Assembly (NCBI GenBank): GCA_965644315.1
Contig: CBFFRQ010000084.1
Span: 1 to 64,000, forward strand
DNA: 64,000 nucleotides
From: Caecitellus pseudoparvulus
Lineage: Eukaryota > Protista > Bigyra: Bicosoecida
Direction of reading: 5' to 3'
Of the stretch, positions 21,735 to 34,289 are shown piece after piece. The translations under genes were made by a program, and so were the position numbers. The notes below the pieces were generated by a model. That model was not told where the DNA came from and ran no database searches. It saw only the letters and a list, made by a program, of their open reading frames with translations. Numbering within the stretch: position 1 is the first letter of the stretch; every line of letters starts with the position of its first letter.

Positions 21735-22361
21735 GTCCCCTGAGCAGCAACAATTTCCGCGACAGCCACGCCCTGGCACCCCCTGACAGAGTCGCTTTCT
21801 GTCCCGCGGAAGGGTCGACACCACAGAGACGCAGGACTGTCACTTCATAAATTCACTGGATCTTCGCGAGTCCATGGCTTCGAGCAGGAGGGTGTTGTGG
21901 CGCTGGTTCAACTGCTTCAGCGCAACCTGGGCACGAAAGACGCCAATGTGCATCATTCGCGCAACGCATTATCTGCCGCACAGGAGGTGCAGTCGGCACC
22001 CCGCACTTTCCAGCATCTCCCAGCCAACCGTACACACACATGCACTGAGTTGTGGTCATACCTGGTAAGTTTTTTTATTCATTCGTGTGCATGGCGTGGG
22101 AATGGACTGCACGCAACGCTGGGTGTGGAACGGGGCGTGGGCTGGCAGCAGGGAGCTGCGAGTGCCAGGCAGGGCCACAGGCGCTGGCTGGGGCTGTGCA
22201 GTGCAGTGTGTTCGGACCGTTGCCCCGTCCGCACTCCCGGCGCGTGCACGGCCGTGTGTAGGCAAGGGCGGAGCGTGCTTCCTGGCGTGGTGCGGAATTT
22301 GCATGTCAATTCCTGCCGCCTGAGGAATGGGGCTCGAGGCCCTCCCAGCCGCGCCAGCTGA

Positions 22362-23030
<669 letters not shown>

Positions 23031-23284
23031 GCGTCGTCTCTGTTGACTCGGTTTGTTGAAGGAGGGAGTGGGCGTGGACATGCCGTGGTGTAGCTGGACT
23101 GCTGTCGGTGGTCAATGCATTCGGGATGTGCCGGGCACAATCCACAGCCTCCGACTGGGAGCAGGTAGCGCTGGACAACACACACCAATTTTGTAGTGGC
23201 ATGCATCCTTCCTCTTGTGCCCGGGCAGAGCTTTGTGTCCTGTAACGAGCGTATTGTGCGGGGAAACGTGGACGAAACGCCGCC

Positions 23285-23829
23285 ATGCGTCTTTCGGCCC
23301 TGTTCACGGGCAACCCCCACTTTGTGAACTTGTTTGTCCTGACAACTGTGGGCGTGGGCATTCCCATGGCGTACATGGCGGCATATGGCCCTTCTGAAGA
23401 CGAGAAGGAGCGCCGGTCGGTGAGTTCCAGAAGACACACGCATGTGCCTGGCGTGCACAGGCGGCAGCGGCGCACCGCCTGCTCGGGGCCCTGCACCCCC
23501 CCACCTACCCCCTGCAGATCGAGCACATCCCAGATCACAAGGCAGCCGCCCAGCGCACGGCTGAGTTCGGGCGTTTCCTCACCGTCTCCGACTCCAAGGA
23601 GATGGATGACGTGTACATGGACCTCCTGCGGTCAGGGGCTTCCTCCCCCGCCAAGCGACGCCAGGCCGTGTACGGCAAGCTGGGCGAGGCGGAGAAGCAG
23701 CAGAGGGACGCCGCCCTGGCCAAGCGGTACGGCTTGGAGGCGTTGCCAGCTCACGCAGGAGCTGGTGCGAGCAAGGCTGACGGCGAGAACGCGCCAGTGA
23801 CGCCCACCACCCCCGTGCCGACAGTGTGA
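23285..23829 (+). CDS. Small single-TM hypothetical protein (intron 23420-23517)
   Basis: A GTGAGT...CTGCAG intron joins an N-terminal hydrophobic segment in frame with ORF 23602-23829. Confidence 0.7.
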
Positions 23830-24082
23830 GGGCGCTGCGTGGCTTTCCATGCCGACCACATGCTCCCAAGCCAGAAATGCGCTCTCTCTTTTGACCTGCG
23901 CTGTGGCGAGCCAGGTTGACTTGACTTGAGAAAGACTGCCCCCCCCACACGCACCCCTCACGGAGAGTGCCCGACGTGACACATGCTCGCACTTCGGCAC
24001 TTTCAAACACTCCCAACACACTGCACCGTGACAATGCACTGCGTGTGCTCCTGTCGTGTCTCGCGCCCTGCCAGCTGCCACC

Positions 24083-25687
24083 ATGTCTGCTCTGGTAAGT
24101 TCCGCAGGCAGTCACGCCGGCAGCATCTTTCTCGCCAGCCTGCCGTGCTGGGCGCTGGAGCGGTGGGCAGCCTGCCCTTCCTGTGTTATGTGTTGTGCAC
24201 ACGCCCTCCCCTCGCCCCGCAGACTCTGTACTCCTTCCCCGGGGACTTCCGTGCCCTGAAGGCGCTGATTGCCGCTCAGGTGAACGGCGTGGCTGTTGAG
24301 ACCCCCGAGTTCGACCTGGCCACCGACGGCAAGAGCGAGGCATTCCTGGCCAAGAGCCCTCTGGGCAAGGTGCCCCTGCTGGAGACCGCCAAGGGTGCGT
24401 GCCGCGCGCAGCGCTGGCTGCTGACTGGTCAAACCCCGCACTGTCTCGGGCCTGTTCCTGCACAGGCTGCATCCACGAGAGCAACGCCATCGCGCGCTAC
24501 ATCGCCCGCATCCGTGGTGACACCCAGCTCATGGGCCACTCTTTCTTCGAGCAGGTGAGTGCCGTGTGCGTGGCGGGCGCGCGTACCTGGCGCTGGCGCA
24601 CGTTTTCCCGCCGCGCGGCCTGTGATGGTGTGCGCAGGGCAAGGTTGACGCGTGGCTGGACTTCGTCTCCCACGAGCTGGAGGTGCCCGCCACCCTGTGG
24701 GTGTACCCCGTCCTGGGCTACATCGCCTTCGACAAGAAGGTGCACGGCAAGGCCGTCGCCGACGTGCACAAGGCTCTGGGCGTGCTGAACAAGCACCTCA
24801 CCGCCGCCACCTACCTTGTGGGGCACCACGTCACCCTGGCCGACATCGTCGCCGTCGCAGCCCTGCTGTACCCCTTCAAGCTGGTGCTGTCCCCCGAGCA
24901 CCTGGCTGCGTACCCCGCCGTGCAGCGCTGGTTCCTCACCTGCGTCAACACGCCTGCCTTCAAGGCTGTACTGGGTGATGTGATCCTGGCCCAGACTGAG
25001 CAGCTGGCCAAGGCCAACAAGACCCCCACTGCCGTCCCCGGCAAGGGCAAGGGCAAGGGCAAGGGTGGCGCTGCTGCCGGTGGTAAGAAGGGCGGTAAGA
25101 AGGGTGGCAAGAAGGGTGGCGACAAGAAGGCCGCTGCCCCCGCCCCCGCCGCTGCAGCCGCCGCCGCGGAGGCCCCCAAGCCCAAGCCCCCCAAGCCTTT
25201 CGAGGGCCTGCCCAAGGGCAACATGGACATGGACGCCTTCAAGCGCCACTACTCCAACGCGCCTTACGACGCCAACCGCGAGCGTGACTACTACGCCACC
25301 ATCCCCCCCTTCTTCAAGGACATCTACGACCCCGAGGCGTACTCCATCTGGACTTGCGACTACAACTTCAACGAGGAGAACACCATGGACTTCACCACCT
25401 CCAACCTGGTGTCCGGCTTCATCCAGCGCTCCGACGCCATCCGCAAGGGCGCCTTCGGCACCATGCTGATCCTGGGCGACAAGGCCCCCTTCAAGATCAC
25501 CGGCTGCTGGATGTTCCACGGCCAGACCAACAAGGAGATCCTGGAGCACAACCCCGACGCGGAGTACTACACCTGGACCAAGCTGGACACCTCCGACCCT
25601 GCCGTGCAGGAGCGCGTGGCGCACTACTGGTGCACCGTGGACAAGTTCGAGGGTGAGACTGTGTACGACAGCAAGCTGTTCAAGTGA
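24083..25687 (+). CDS. EEF1G: Translation elongation factor 1B-gamma (introns 24095-24222, 24395-24465, 24555-24637)
   Basis: GST-like N-domain (PLGKVPLLE, ESNAIARY, YLVGHHVTLADI), a Lys/Ala linker, and the EF1G domain (MDAFKRHYSN, YSIW..DY, NLVSGFIQR, YTWTKLD). Confidence 0.97.
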
Positions 25688-25977
25688 GCACCCCCCCTCA
25701 CGGCGCACACCCTCATGGGTGTCACATGCAATGCACGAGTGCAATGCAGGGTGTGCAGACGAGGCATATCGCAAAAAATACTCGCGTACCACGCACAGAG
25801 GCGCGCCTGTCTCACACTTACGCTTGAGTTTGCAAGGTCGCCTCGACCCCTCACTTCACACGGGCGCGCAGGCCGCCGACTGCTGCCGAGCGCGCGCTCC
25901 CGGCGCACGCTGAGTCAGACCCCCCACCGTCTGTAGTGTGCTGCCTGCATTTGCCCTGAGCAGTGCCTGCCGCCAGC

Positions 25978-28900
25978 ATGGCTACGCCGCCCAGCGCGAG
26001 CTCCATTGCAGCGGCTGCTGCGGGGAATGTGCCAGGGCCACCGTCACCCAGCACACGCCCACGCAGCCCAAAGGGGGGCGCAAGAGGCGCTGTTTCCTTC
26101 TTCGATGAGGACGATGAGCAGCTGCCCGAGCCAGCACCCTCGGCCAAGGCCGGGCCTGCGCCGCGTGGCGGACTTGCTGCGGGCTCACGGCACGGTGCAG
26201 GCATGCAGAAGCAGCCCACCGCAACGCTGGCTGCGGTGGACGAGGGGAGCGGGGACGGGGCAGGGGGCAGACGGGCTCCCTCCCTCGCCAATGTGTGCGT
26301 GCTTGCAGCTCAGCGTGGCGCCGCTGTGCGCGTTGGTGTCTGCGCGTGAAACGCCGGGCTCGTCGCTGTCCCGGCAACGCCAGGCGCCACCCCGCCGACG
26401 CATTGCCGCCGCCCCAGCACGCCACACCGCCGTTGCATTCACAGGGGACGGCGCAGTTCCATGCGCAGGCGGCGGGAGTCCTTTGCCTCGCAGTTCAAGG
26501 CGGCAACCGGCGCAACAGAGGCGTCTGCGGCCACCTCCAGCACCACCATGCTGATGCAGTCCCAGAGCAGCACCGCACGGCAGCAAAACGTGCACAAGGC
26601 CAAGCACCAGTACATTGTGGGGAAGCTGCTGTCAGACCGCGTGGGCAAGGCGCGCCAGCCGCGCTCAGCCAGCCGCTTCACTGTCATGCACAACCGCAAC
26701 ACGGGAGAGATGCTGGGCCTGCCAGTGCGAGAAGGGCTGCAGTCCCTGTACAAGATCGCCCGCGACAAGTCCATTGCGGAGTGCCTGCTGTTTGTGCTGC
26801 TGCTGGCCTGCTTCATCATCTCCTGCACGCTGTTGTTCCCCGTGCACAAGATGTACGGCTCTGCCGCCGCCATCTCTGACCTCATCCTGGACGAGGAGTT
26901 CCCTGGCGCCCAGTACAAGAAGAACTTCTATGAGATCATGACGTACGACGAGTGGTGGACGTGGGCTCGAGGGCCGCTGCTGAACGGCCTGTATCCCACT
27001 GAGTTCTACAACGGCGAGCCCATCCCGCCCCTACAGCGCCCCTACGTTCTGGGGCTCTTTCGGGTGGTTGGCGGCGTTTCTTTCCGCCAGCTGCGCGTCA
27101 GCAATGACTCCTGCTCCGTGCGGCGCTTTGTGGAGAACTGCGTCGAGCGGTGCAAGCCTGCACAGCACCTGTGCAATGGTGATCAGAGCAAGTGGAGGCC
27201 CAACGTCACCCAGTGCGAGGCTGACTTGGGGCCGGGTGCTGGGCTGTGCTGTGAGGGGCGTTTTGACACCATTGGTGGCGTGTGCTACTCCGAGTTCACC
27301 AAGACGCGGCAGGACACTGAGCCCATGGTGCGGCCATCACGCACGTACTACTGGAGTGGCGACAACTCCAATGTGGAGGGTTTGTTCGGGTACGGCCCGG
27401 AGTACGGCACTGGCGGGTACGTCACCATTTTGGACCCCCTGAACCGCACCGCAGCAGAAGCCACCCTGACAGACATGTTCCACGACCGGTGGATCGACCC
27501 CGCGACACGCGCAGTGGTGGTGACGTTCTCCCTGTACAACACCCAGTCCCGCATCCTCAGCGTGTTCCGTGTTCTGACTGAGTTCTACCCCGACGGCAAC
27601 CTGGTGTCGTCTGTGAAAACGTACGGCGCGCCGCTGGTGGTGTACCAGGGCTTCATAGACAACCTGCGGCGCGTGGTGGAGATTTTCTTCGTACTCTGCT
27701 GGCTGTTCTACCTGCAAAAGGAGGCGAAGCGGCTGTACCACACGACACCCGGGCGGTCGCCGTGGATCAAGTTCAAGAGCTGGGCCTTCAAAGCCCGCAC
27801 GCTGTACGAACTGTCCTGGACGACGGTGGCGGCTGTGCTCATGGCGTACTACATCCAGTTCGTCCTGGCACCCGTGCGCACGAATTTCGACGTGAACTCG
27901 CCCGTGTTCGTGGACTACTTCCCGCTGGCAGAGGCGTTCATCATCACCGGCACCATCGCCGGTGGGCTGGGCCTCATGTTCGCACTGCAGCTGTTCCAGT
28001 ACCTCGGCATCTCCCGCCGCTTCATCATCGTGTGGCTGACGCTGTACCACGCCGCCAAGGACCTGGCCGCCTTTCTCGTCTCCTTCCTCGTCCTCGTATC
28101 CGGCTTCTCCTTCATGGGGGAGATGTTCTTCGGGCCCTGGATCGAAGGCTTCAGGGACTTCTGGTTCGCCGCATCCACGCTGCTGCGGTACCCCCTGGGT
28201 GACTTCCAGTACCTCACCCTGACGTCAGCGCGCCCCGGTGTCGCGTGGCTGTTCTTCACTCTGTACGTCGCCATGGTGTTCCTGGTGTGCATGAACCTCA
28301 TCATTGGCATCATCACCAAGTACTTCCAGGAAGTGCACGACGACCTCAAAACCAGCGACAAGTGGAAACAGAGCACCGTGTCCCTGGAAGCGGAAAAACT
28401 GGCCGCCTGTGCGCGGTGGTGGCGCCTGCGCCGGCGCATGGCACGGGACTACTGCGCAGTCACCTGCCAGACCGCCTTCCCTTCCTGCTGCCCCCTCATT
28501 TGCTGCAACGCACGTGTCAAGTGCTGTGTGGCGTCCTACGTTGACAGCACGGGGGATGACGGGGAGCACGTCGAGTTCAAAGGCACCAGTCTGCCGCGCG
28601 CACTGGGCGGCTCCGGCTCCAAGCGTTTCAGACGCGGCACCCTGACGCCCGGAGCCGCTGACATCCTGAACGAACCCACGAAGGAGGAACAAGAAAAGGA
28701 GAGCTCCAAGGCACACCGGTTCCTGCAGCGGCAGGACAGCCGGCGCCTGCCCACGCTGCGCCGGCGCGCCACGACGAACCGCAATTTGGACGTTTTCGAG
28801 CAGCAACGCATGGCCCACGCAGACCAGCTGGAGAAGGACAACGAGGGCATGGCCAACGAGGCTGAGTTCTTTGCCTTGCTACGGCGCTGCGCCCGCGCCG

Positions 28901-29757
28901 CAAAGCGGCTGCACGACATCAACTTGCTGCGCTACTTCGAACGCGTGTATGCGGAAAATGCGACGGACTTCTTGTACATCGGGCTCATGGAGCTGTGTGC
29001 CCTGACGCAGCCGGCGCGAGGTGGCGTGCACATGAACCCCGATGCCCTGGCTGTGCGCCTGCTGACTGCGTACACAAAGTGGAAGCGTGTCATCATCGCC
29101 GGGCCAGCTCGCATGCACATGCGGTATGCGGAGGAAGTCACCTCCTTCAAGGACGAAGTGCCCAAGTTCGAAGTGAAGAAAATCAGTCGCAAGAAGCTGG
29201 GCATGCGGCAGTCACGCATGCTGTACGTGGACGAGGGGCGTGGCTTGCTGTACGTCTTCGACAAGCTCATGCGCCTGCGCCGGCGCCTGCCCCTGACCCA
29301 GCTCATTCAAATCCGCCGAGACTTGCGCAACGCCTGCCGCGTGGCGTTGGTGTTCACGTCCCAGGGCGTGCCTCTGGACGACGAAGAGCTGTTTGGGGGA
29401 CTGGAGACTGTCCTGCGTGTGGAGTTCGGGCGCGGCGACCGTGTGGAGAAATTCGTCCGCGTTGTGCGCCGCGTGCGCATTGAACTGGCTGCTGAGTACG
29501 CACGTCTGCAAGCCCAGCTGGGAGCAGGCGCCTTGGAAGGCATGAACCAGCGCATGAAGGACATGGGGCGCAATGGCGACGCGCGCGGCCAGAGCAAGCG
29601 CTCGGGCCGGCGCAAGGCAAAACGGCGTGGTGCGGGCGGCAAAAACCGCTCCAAGGGCGGTGGCGCAGCACGCAAGGGTGGCTCCACCACAGAGGGCCTG
29701 TGGGACACTTTTGCCGAGGAGGAGGCGAAACAAGCCCTGATGCGTGGTGCGATGTAG
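25978..29757 (+). CDS. PKD2: Polycystin-2 (TRPP/PKD2)-like cation channel (probable intron 26295-26444)
   Basis: Motifs WWTWARGPLLNGLY, FRQLRVSNDSC, YGTGGY, WIDPATRAVVVTFSLYN, six TM segments, pore TLLRYPLGDFQY, and MNLIIGII. Confidence 0.9.
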
Positions 29758-29786
29758 GCGCACGTGCCGCTGGCCTGCAATCATGT

Positions 29787-29794
29787 AATGCATT
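29787..29794. promoter_or_regulatory. Palindromic AATGCATT, candidate bidirectional 3'-end/poly(A) signal
   Basis: Lies between the convergent PKD2-like and SLC25 stop codons. Confidence 0.45.
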
Positions 29795-29842
29795 CTCTCT
29801 CGCTTGCGTGCGGGTCACTGTGCCGGCAACGCAGGCGGCGCG

Positions 29843-31015
29843 TCACTGCTGCTCCGCCTGCATCCAGTCGCCCTGCACGTCATCATTTACGGCTTCAGCG
29901 AAGAACAGTTTGCCCAGTTCGTAGGAGGAAATCATGATGGCGCAGGCGGGGGCCACTTTCGCCACCCGCGGCATGAGGCCGACAAACCACCCCCCCAGCC
30001 CCTCCCGAGCCAGAATGTTCCGCAGAATGGCCCATGTGTTCGTGGTGGCCGGCCCTGCCGCATGCGGCGCAGCCGACAACCCGTACAGTGCCGCCTGGCG
30101 CTGTGTCTTGACGACGTCAAACGGCGTGGTGGCGAACGCGGCGAGGCTGCCGGAGATGCTGCCGCAAGCAAATGCCAGGCAAAAGTGCGAGAGGGCCGAC
30201 GGCGCCGCCTCCTCCGGAGACAGGAACACGGGCGCCAGGGCCCGCTTGCTGGCCTCGTAGCCGCCCCAGTACATGGCGCTGAACGGCACGTCTCGCAGGA
30301 GTGTTGGTCCCAGCCCCCGCCACAGCCCCCCCACACCCCCGTGCTGTCGCACATCGGCACGAATGCTGGCCCAAATGCCCAGCGTGGAGGCGCGAGACTG
30401 CATCTTGGTGCGGATGAGCTCCAGCGGCGAGATGACGGTGGCTGCCGCCGTGCGAGCCAGTGCCCCTGCTGTCAGCGCAGCAACAGGGAGACCGCCCGTG
30501 GCGCCCTGATCACCCCACCGCCCCTCCAGTCGCAACTTCAACTCGTCATAGGCTGTGAAGTACAGCGCCGTGCTGGGCACAGCCATGACCAGGGCGGGGG
30601 ACAGCCCCGACCACAGGCTGCGCACGCCCTCAGATCGCGCGATGTGGACCATGGTGCCCAGCGTGCTGCCTTGCAGGCGCTGGCGTGCCAGCACCACGCG
30701 GCAGGCCGCTCGCTGGCAGTCCTCCACACACGCCACGGCGCAAGAGGCTGGCGTGCGACACACGGAAGCCTTCCGAGCACACGCCGCGGGCGTGGCCGGC
30801 GCAGGCTTGGCCTTGCAGCAGACAGGCAGGGAAGGCAGGGAGGGGGGTGGTTCGGCTGGAACGCCAGTCTGCATGCGGGTCTTCACCACATCCAGCGGCG
30901 TCGCGAACAGGTTGGTCAGCACGGCGCCGAAGATGGCAGACACTGCTTTCTGTCCTGTCGTGACGCACTCGGACGTCTCGGCGGCCTGCTGTGCCGGCGT
31001 GCGTGTGGAGGCCAT
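29843..31015 (-). CDS. Mitochondrial carrier SLC25A39/40 (Mtm1) family
   Basis: Three PxD/ExxK/R motifs (TPLDVVKTRMQ, SPLELIRTKMQ, TPFDVVKTQRQ), plus LWSGLSPALVMAVPSTALYF, LLRDVPFSAMYW and KVAPACAIMISSYE. Confidence 0.92.
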   Translation of the reverse strand: MASTRTPAQQAAETSECVTTGQKAVSAIFGAVLTNLFATPLDVVKTRMQTGVPAEPPPSLPSLPVCCKAKPAPATPAACARKASVCRTPASCAVACVEDCQRAACRVVLARQRLQGSTLGTMVHIARSEGVRSLWSGLSPALVMAVPSTALYFTAYDELKLRLEGRWGDQGATGGLPVAALTAGALARTAAATVISPLELIRTKMQSRASTLGIWASIRADVRQHGGVGGLWRGLGPTLLRDVPFSAMYWGGYEASKRALAPVFLSPEEAAPSALSHFCLAFACGSISGSLAAFATTPFDVVKTQRQAALYGLSAAPHAAGPATTNTWAILRNILAREGLGGWFVGLMPRVAKVAPACAIMISSYELGKLFFAEAVNDDVQGDWMQAEQQ

Positions 31016-31202
31016 GACGTGATACCCCCTGCGGAAATTGAGCCACGCACGCGGACGCCCGCCGACGCACAGTGCCCGCGCGGCGTGAAGTGGCGCACAA
31101 ACGTGACCAGCCACTGCAAATCTGAACGATTCTCAGTGCCTAGGGGGGTGTTGCATGCAATGACATTGTGACGGAAGCGTGTCGCTGCCGGCAGGCGCCT
31201 GA

Positions 31203-33243
31203 TCAAGTGATCACGCTGGGCTCGGTTCGGCCAGTCAGCTCCGGGATGCCGCTCAGCTGCAGCGCCACTGCAACGAGGGAGCCCACGACGTCCTTCGTGG
31301 CGGCGCCCAGGGCCTCTGCACCAGCCTCTGGCGCAACGTACCGCTCCACGTACACGCGGATGGTGGCTCCCACAGAGCCAGTGCCCGACAGCCGAAACAC
31401 GACTCGGGAGCCGTCAGAGAAATGGAACTGCAGGCCTTGGTTTGCTGCCACACTGCCGTCCACGGGGTCTGCGTACGTGAACTCGTCAGCGCCCGTCAAC
31501 GTCCAGTCCTCACTGAGGCTCTGGGCAGCGGCGGCTTCCGGCTCCATTTCCGCAACCTTCGCACGCAGACGCTCAAAGACAGCAGCGGCTGACTCGGACG
31601 TCACGCCCTCGTAGTCATAGCGCGTGTAGAAGTTGCGCCCGTACTGCTGCCAGAAGGCCTCCACCACCTCTTGAATGCCTTTCAGCTTGCCGTCGCCCTT
31701 CGCCAGCTCTCCTGCGTTTTCGCCCGCTAGCACTGACAGCCAAGCCAAGATGGCCCACAGGCCGTCCTTCTCGCGAATGTGGCTGCTGCCCAGTCCAAAG
31801 GACTCCTCTCCGCACAGCAGCGGCGTGTAGTCTGCACATACGGCGGGGGTGTGGCAGTGCGGAAACGCAGGAAACGCGCGCGCACGAGCGGCACGCACCC
31901 TTCCCGCCAAACACAGCAGCGCTGTCCATGAGGTTGCCGAAGTACTTCCAGCCTGTGGGTGTCACGAACGCCTGTGCCTCCCCAGCACCGGCCACACGGT
32001 CGGCTGCTGCCGACGTGGGCATGCTGCGGGCCACTGCCACCAGGCCGCGTTCGCCTGAGAGGTAGGGGATGTGCTGCGCGTGGTGCGCGATGATGGCCAG
32101 GGAGTCACTGGGGGACACGAAGAAACGCCTGCCCAGCACCATGTTGCGGTCCCCGTCGCCGTCACAGGCCGCGCCGACCAGGGGCGGGTCCACTGCACCC
32201 TCCACGTGGGGCAAGGGCTGACCATCTGTTCCGAGACCCATGGCCGCCACCAAGTCTGCCGCGTACACCAGGTTGGGGTCTGGGTGCAGCCCCCCGAAGT
32301 CCTCCAGAGCGTTGCACCGCGAGAGAGTCACTGACGCATGCGCCGCACCGAGCCAGTCGCCAAACACCGCCTCAGCGTGGGCACCCGCCGCACCGTGCAT
32401 GCCATCCAGCACCATGGAAAAGGCAGGGTGCTGGAGCAGCGCCTGCAGCTGCGCTGTGTCGAAGCACCGCCGCAGCACCGCGACGTAGTCCTCGGACTGC
32501 GGAATTACCTCCACCACGAACTCACGCCCCCCTGCCAGGAGGAAGGTGTGGCTGCCCAGCGTGTCCAGATCCACCTCTGGCAGGTCAGGCACGGTGTTGT
32601 AGCTGTCAATGGCGGCGGTCGCCTCGTGGATGCTGTCTGTGACGGAGCCAGGGGCTGGGCCTCCGTTGGACATGTTGTACTTGACGCCGAAATCGGCGTC
32701 CGGGCCGCCCGGGTTGTGAGACGCCGTGAGGATGAAGCCGCCTGCTGCGACGCCGTCCTCCCGCTCCCGGATGACGGCGGACACGGCTGGCGTCGCCATG
32801 ATGCCTGCGCGGAGCGAATCGGCGTGGTGTGCTCGCGGCAACCAAAGACCACCTGCGCTGCTGTCGCAACGCACCATGCTGAGGGACCCACACACGCGAA
32901 ACGCCGTTGGCTGCCGCCATCTTCACAATGGTTTGCAGGGCTGGGCGGGAGAAGAACCTGCGTGGGCATGCCGGGGCAGAGGGCGGGGCGATGCAAGCGC
33001 CTGCGGAAATGGAACTCGCAGCACATCGGCAGGGTATCACCTTCCGTCCCCTGCAGCCACCAGCGTCGCGCCGACGACACTGTCGCCCAGCGCTGTGAAA
33101 GTGCTCTGGATGAAGTTCTCCAAGTAATGCTCCTGCTGGAACACCGTCGTCTTCTTGCGCAGGCCGCTCGTGCCAGGTTTCTGCCCGTCGAAGGGCTTGG
33201 TTGGCACAGCCACCACGGCGTGACCTTCTGTGCTGGCGGCCAT
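31203..33243 (-). CDS. PGM: Phosphoglucomutase (3 introns)
   Basis: Motifs DGQKPGTSGLRKK, GDGR, TASHNPGG (catalytic Ser), DGDGDRNM, TPTGWKYFGNL, CGEESFG, REKDGLWA, FRLSGTGS and the C-terminal PSVIT. Confidence 0.97.
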
Positions 33244-33425
33244 GGTGGTGGGGGGCGACGAGAGCGAGCTTGCAAATCCGAACACGCGACAAAAACAGCA
33301 CAGTGACCACAGACTGTGCTCAGCACTCGTCAGCTCGATCACAATCCAAGTGTGGGTGTGGTTGAAAGTGCCACAGCACGTGGAACTGCCTGCCTCGCCA
33401 CCACGCCTGGCCTCTCCGGGACGCC

Positions 33426-34231
33426 ATGCCTGGCCGCAGGTCTTCCCGCAATGTGCGGCGAGAGTTCACGTTCCCCTGGCGCCGCTTTGTCTGTGCCCTG
33501 GTGCTGTTCATCGTGGGGCTGGTGAGCACAGCATGCGTGACGCAGGGCGGGCACTGCTCCGCTCCCTGAGCCAGGCACCTCCACGAGTCAACCCTCCCGC
33601 GGCACCTGCGCAGATCTTCTGCATCATTGGACTGGTCAAGGTTGAACTTGCATTCGGCATCGTCGGCATCATCGCTGTGCTGCCAGGTACGCCAGGGGCG
33701 GAGTGAGCTGGCTGCCACGTTGCGCAAACGCAAGCGAAACGCCACACTCCCGCAGGAAGCTACCAGCTCTTCATCATCCTGCAGACGGCCCGAGGCATCC
33801 GGGGCTACCGAGTGGAGGAAGTGTACGAACAAGTCGTCACAGAGGAGCGAGTGCCAGGTGGGGAGGACGTCGTGTACCACGACAAGCGCCCGAGCTTCAT
33901 GGAGGATGACTTGGAGGCTGCCAGGTCAACGTCGGGCGGCGGCGGCGCTGGCCAGGCCGCCGCCGCCGCCGCCCAGCGGCAGGGCGTGGCAGGGTGGGGC
34001 ACGGCCCTGCCTGCTGGCTCCCGTGTCACCCGAGACACGACCCCAGGTCGCACAGAAGCCGCCCTCGCTGCCGCTGACGCCCAGGGCATCGACCTGCAGC
34101 TGCAGGACTTCGGCGGCAGCACAGGCCAGCGCACCCCCCCTCGTGTGAGCTCGAGGGGGGCCCTCGCGACCCTCCCCCCCGACGACGCAGACGACTTGGC
34201 CCTCGTCGACGACGACGCTTCCGTCGTCTGA
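33426..34231 (+). CDS. TMEM230/TMEM134 (DUF872)-like 2-TM protein (introns 33522-33613, 33687-33755)
   Basis: Spliced product FPWRRFVCALVLFIVGL-IFCIIG..GIIAVLPGSYQLFIILQTARGIRGY matches the PW..LF..G / LPG.Y..RG..GY pattern. Confidence 0.75.
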
Positions 34232-34289
34232 GCGGCGCACGGCACCTCGCACACTCTGCTGAGAAATCGCTACGGCCACGTGTAGTGCC

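Noticed and set aside
21800-22072. Possible U1 snRNA on the minus strand (AAACTTACCAGG start, ACTGCAC, Sm-like AATTTATG)
   Set aside because: No U1-70K loop (GATCACGAAG-like), the spacing is too long and I could not build the cloverleaf. The match is simply the complement of a donor-like CTG|GTAAGT. An Infernal search with the U1 model would settle it.
25035-25195. Tandem AAGGGC/AAGAAGGGYGGY and GCC repeats
   Set aside because: These encode the Lys/Gly/Ala linker of eEF1B-gamma. The same applies to the Pro-Ala repeat at about 965-1025.
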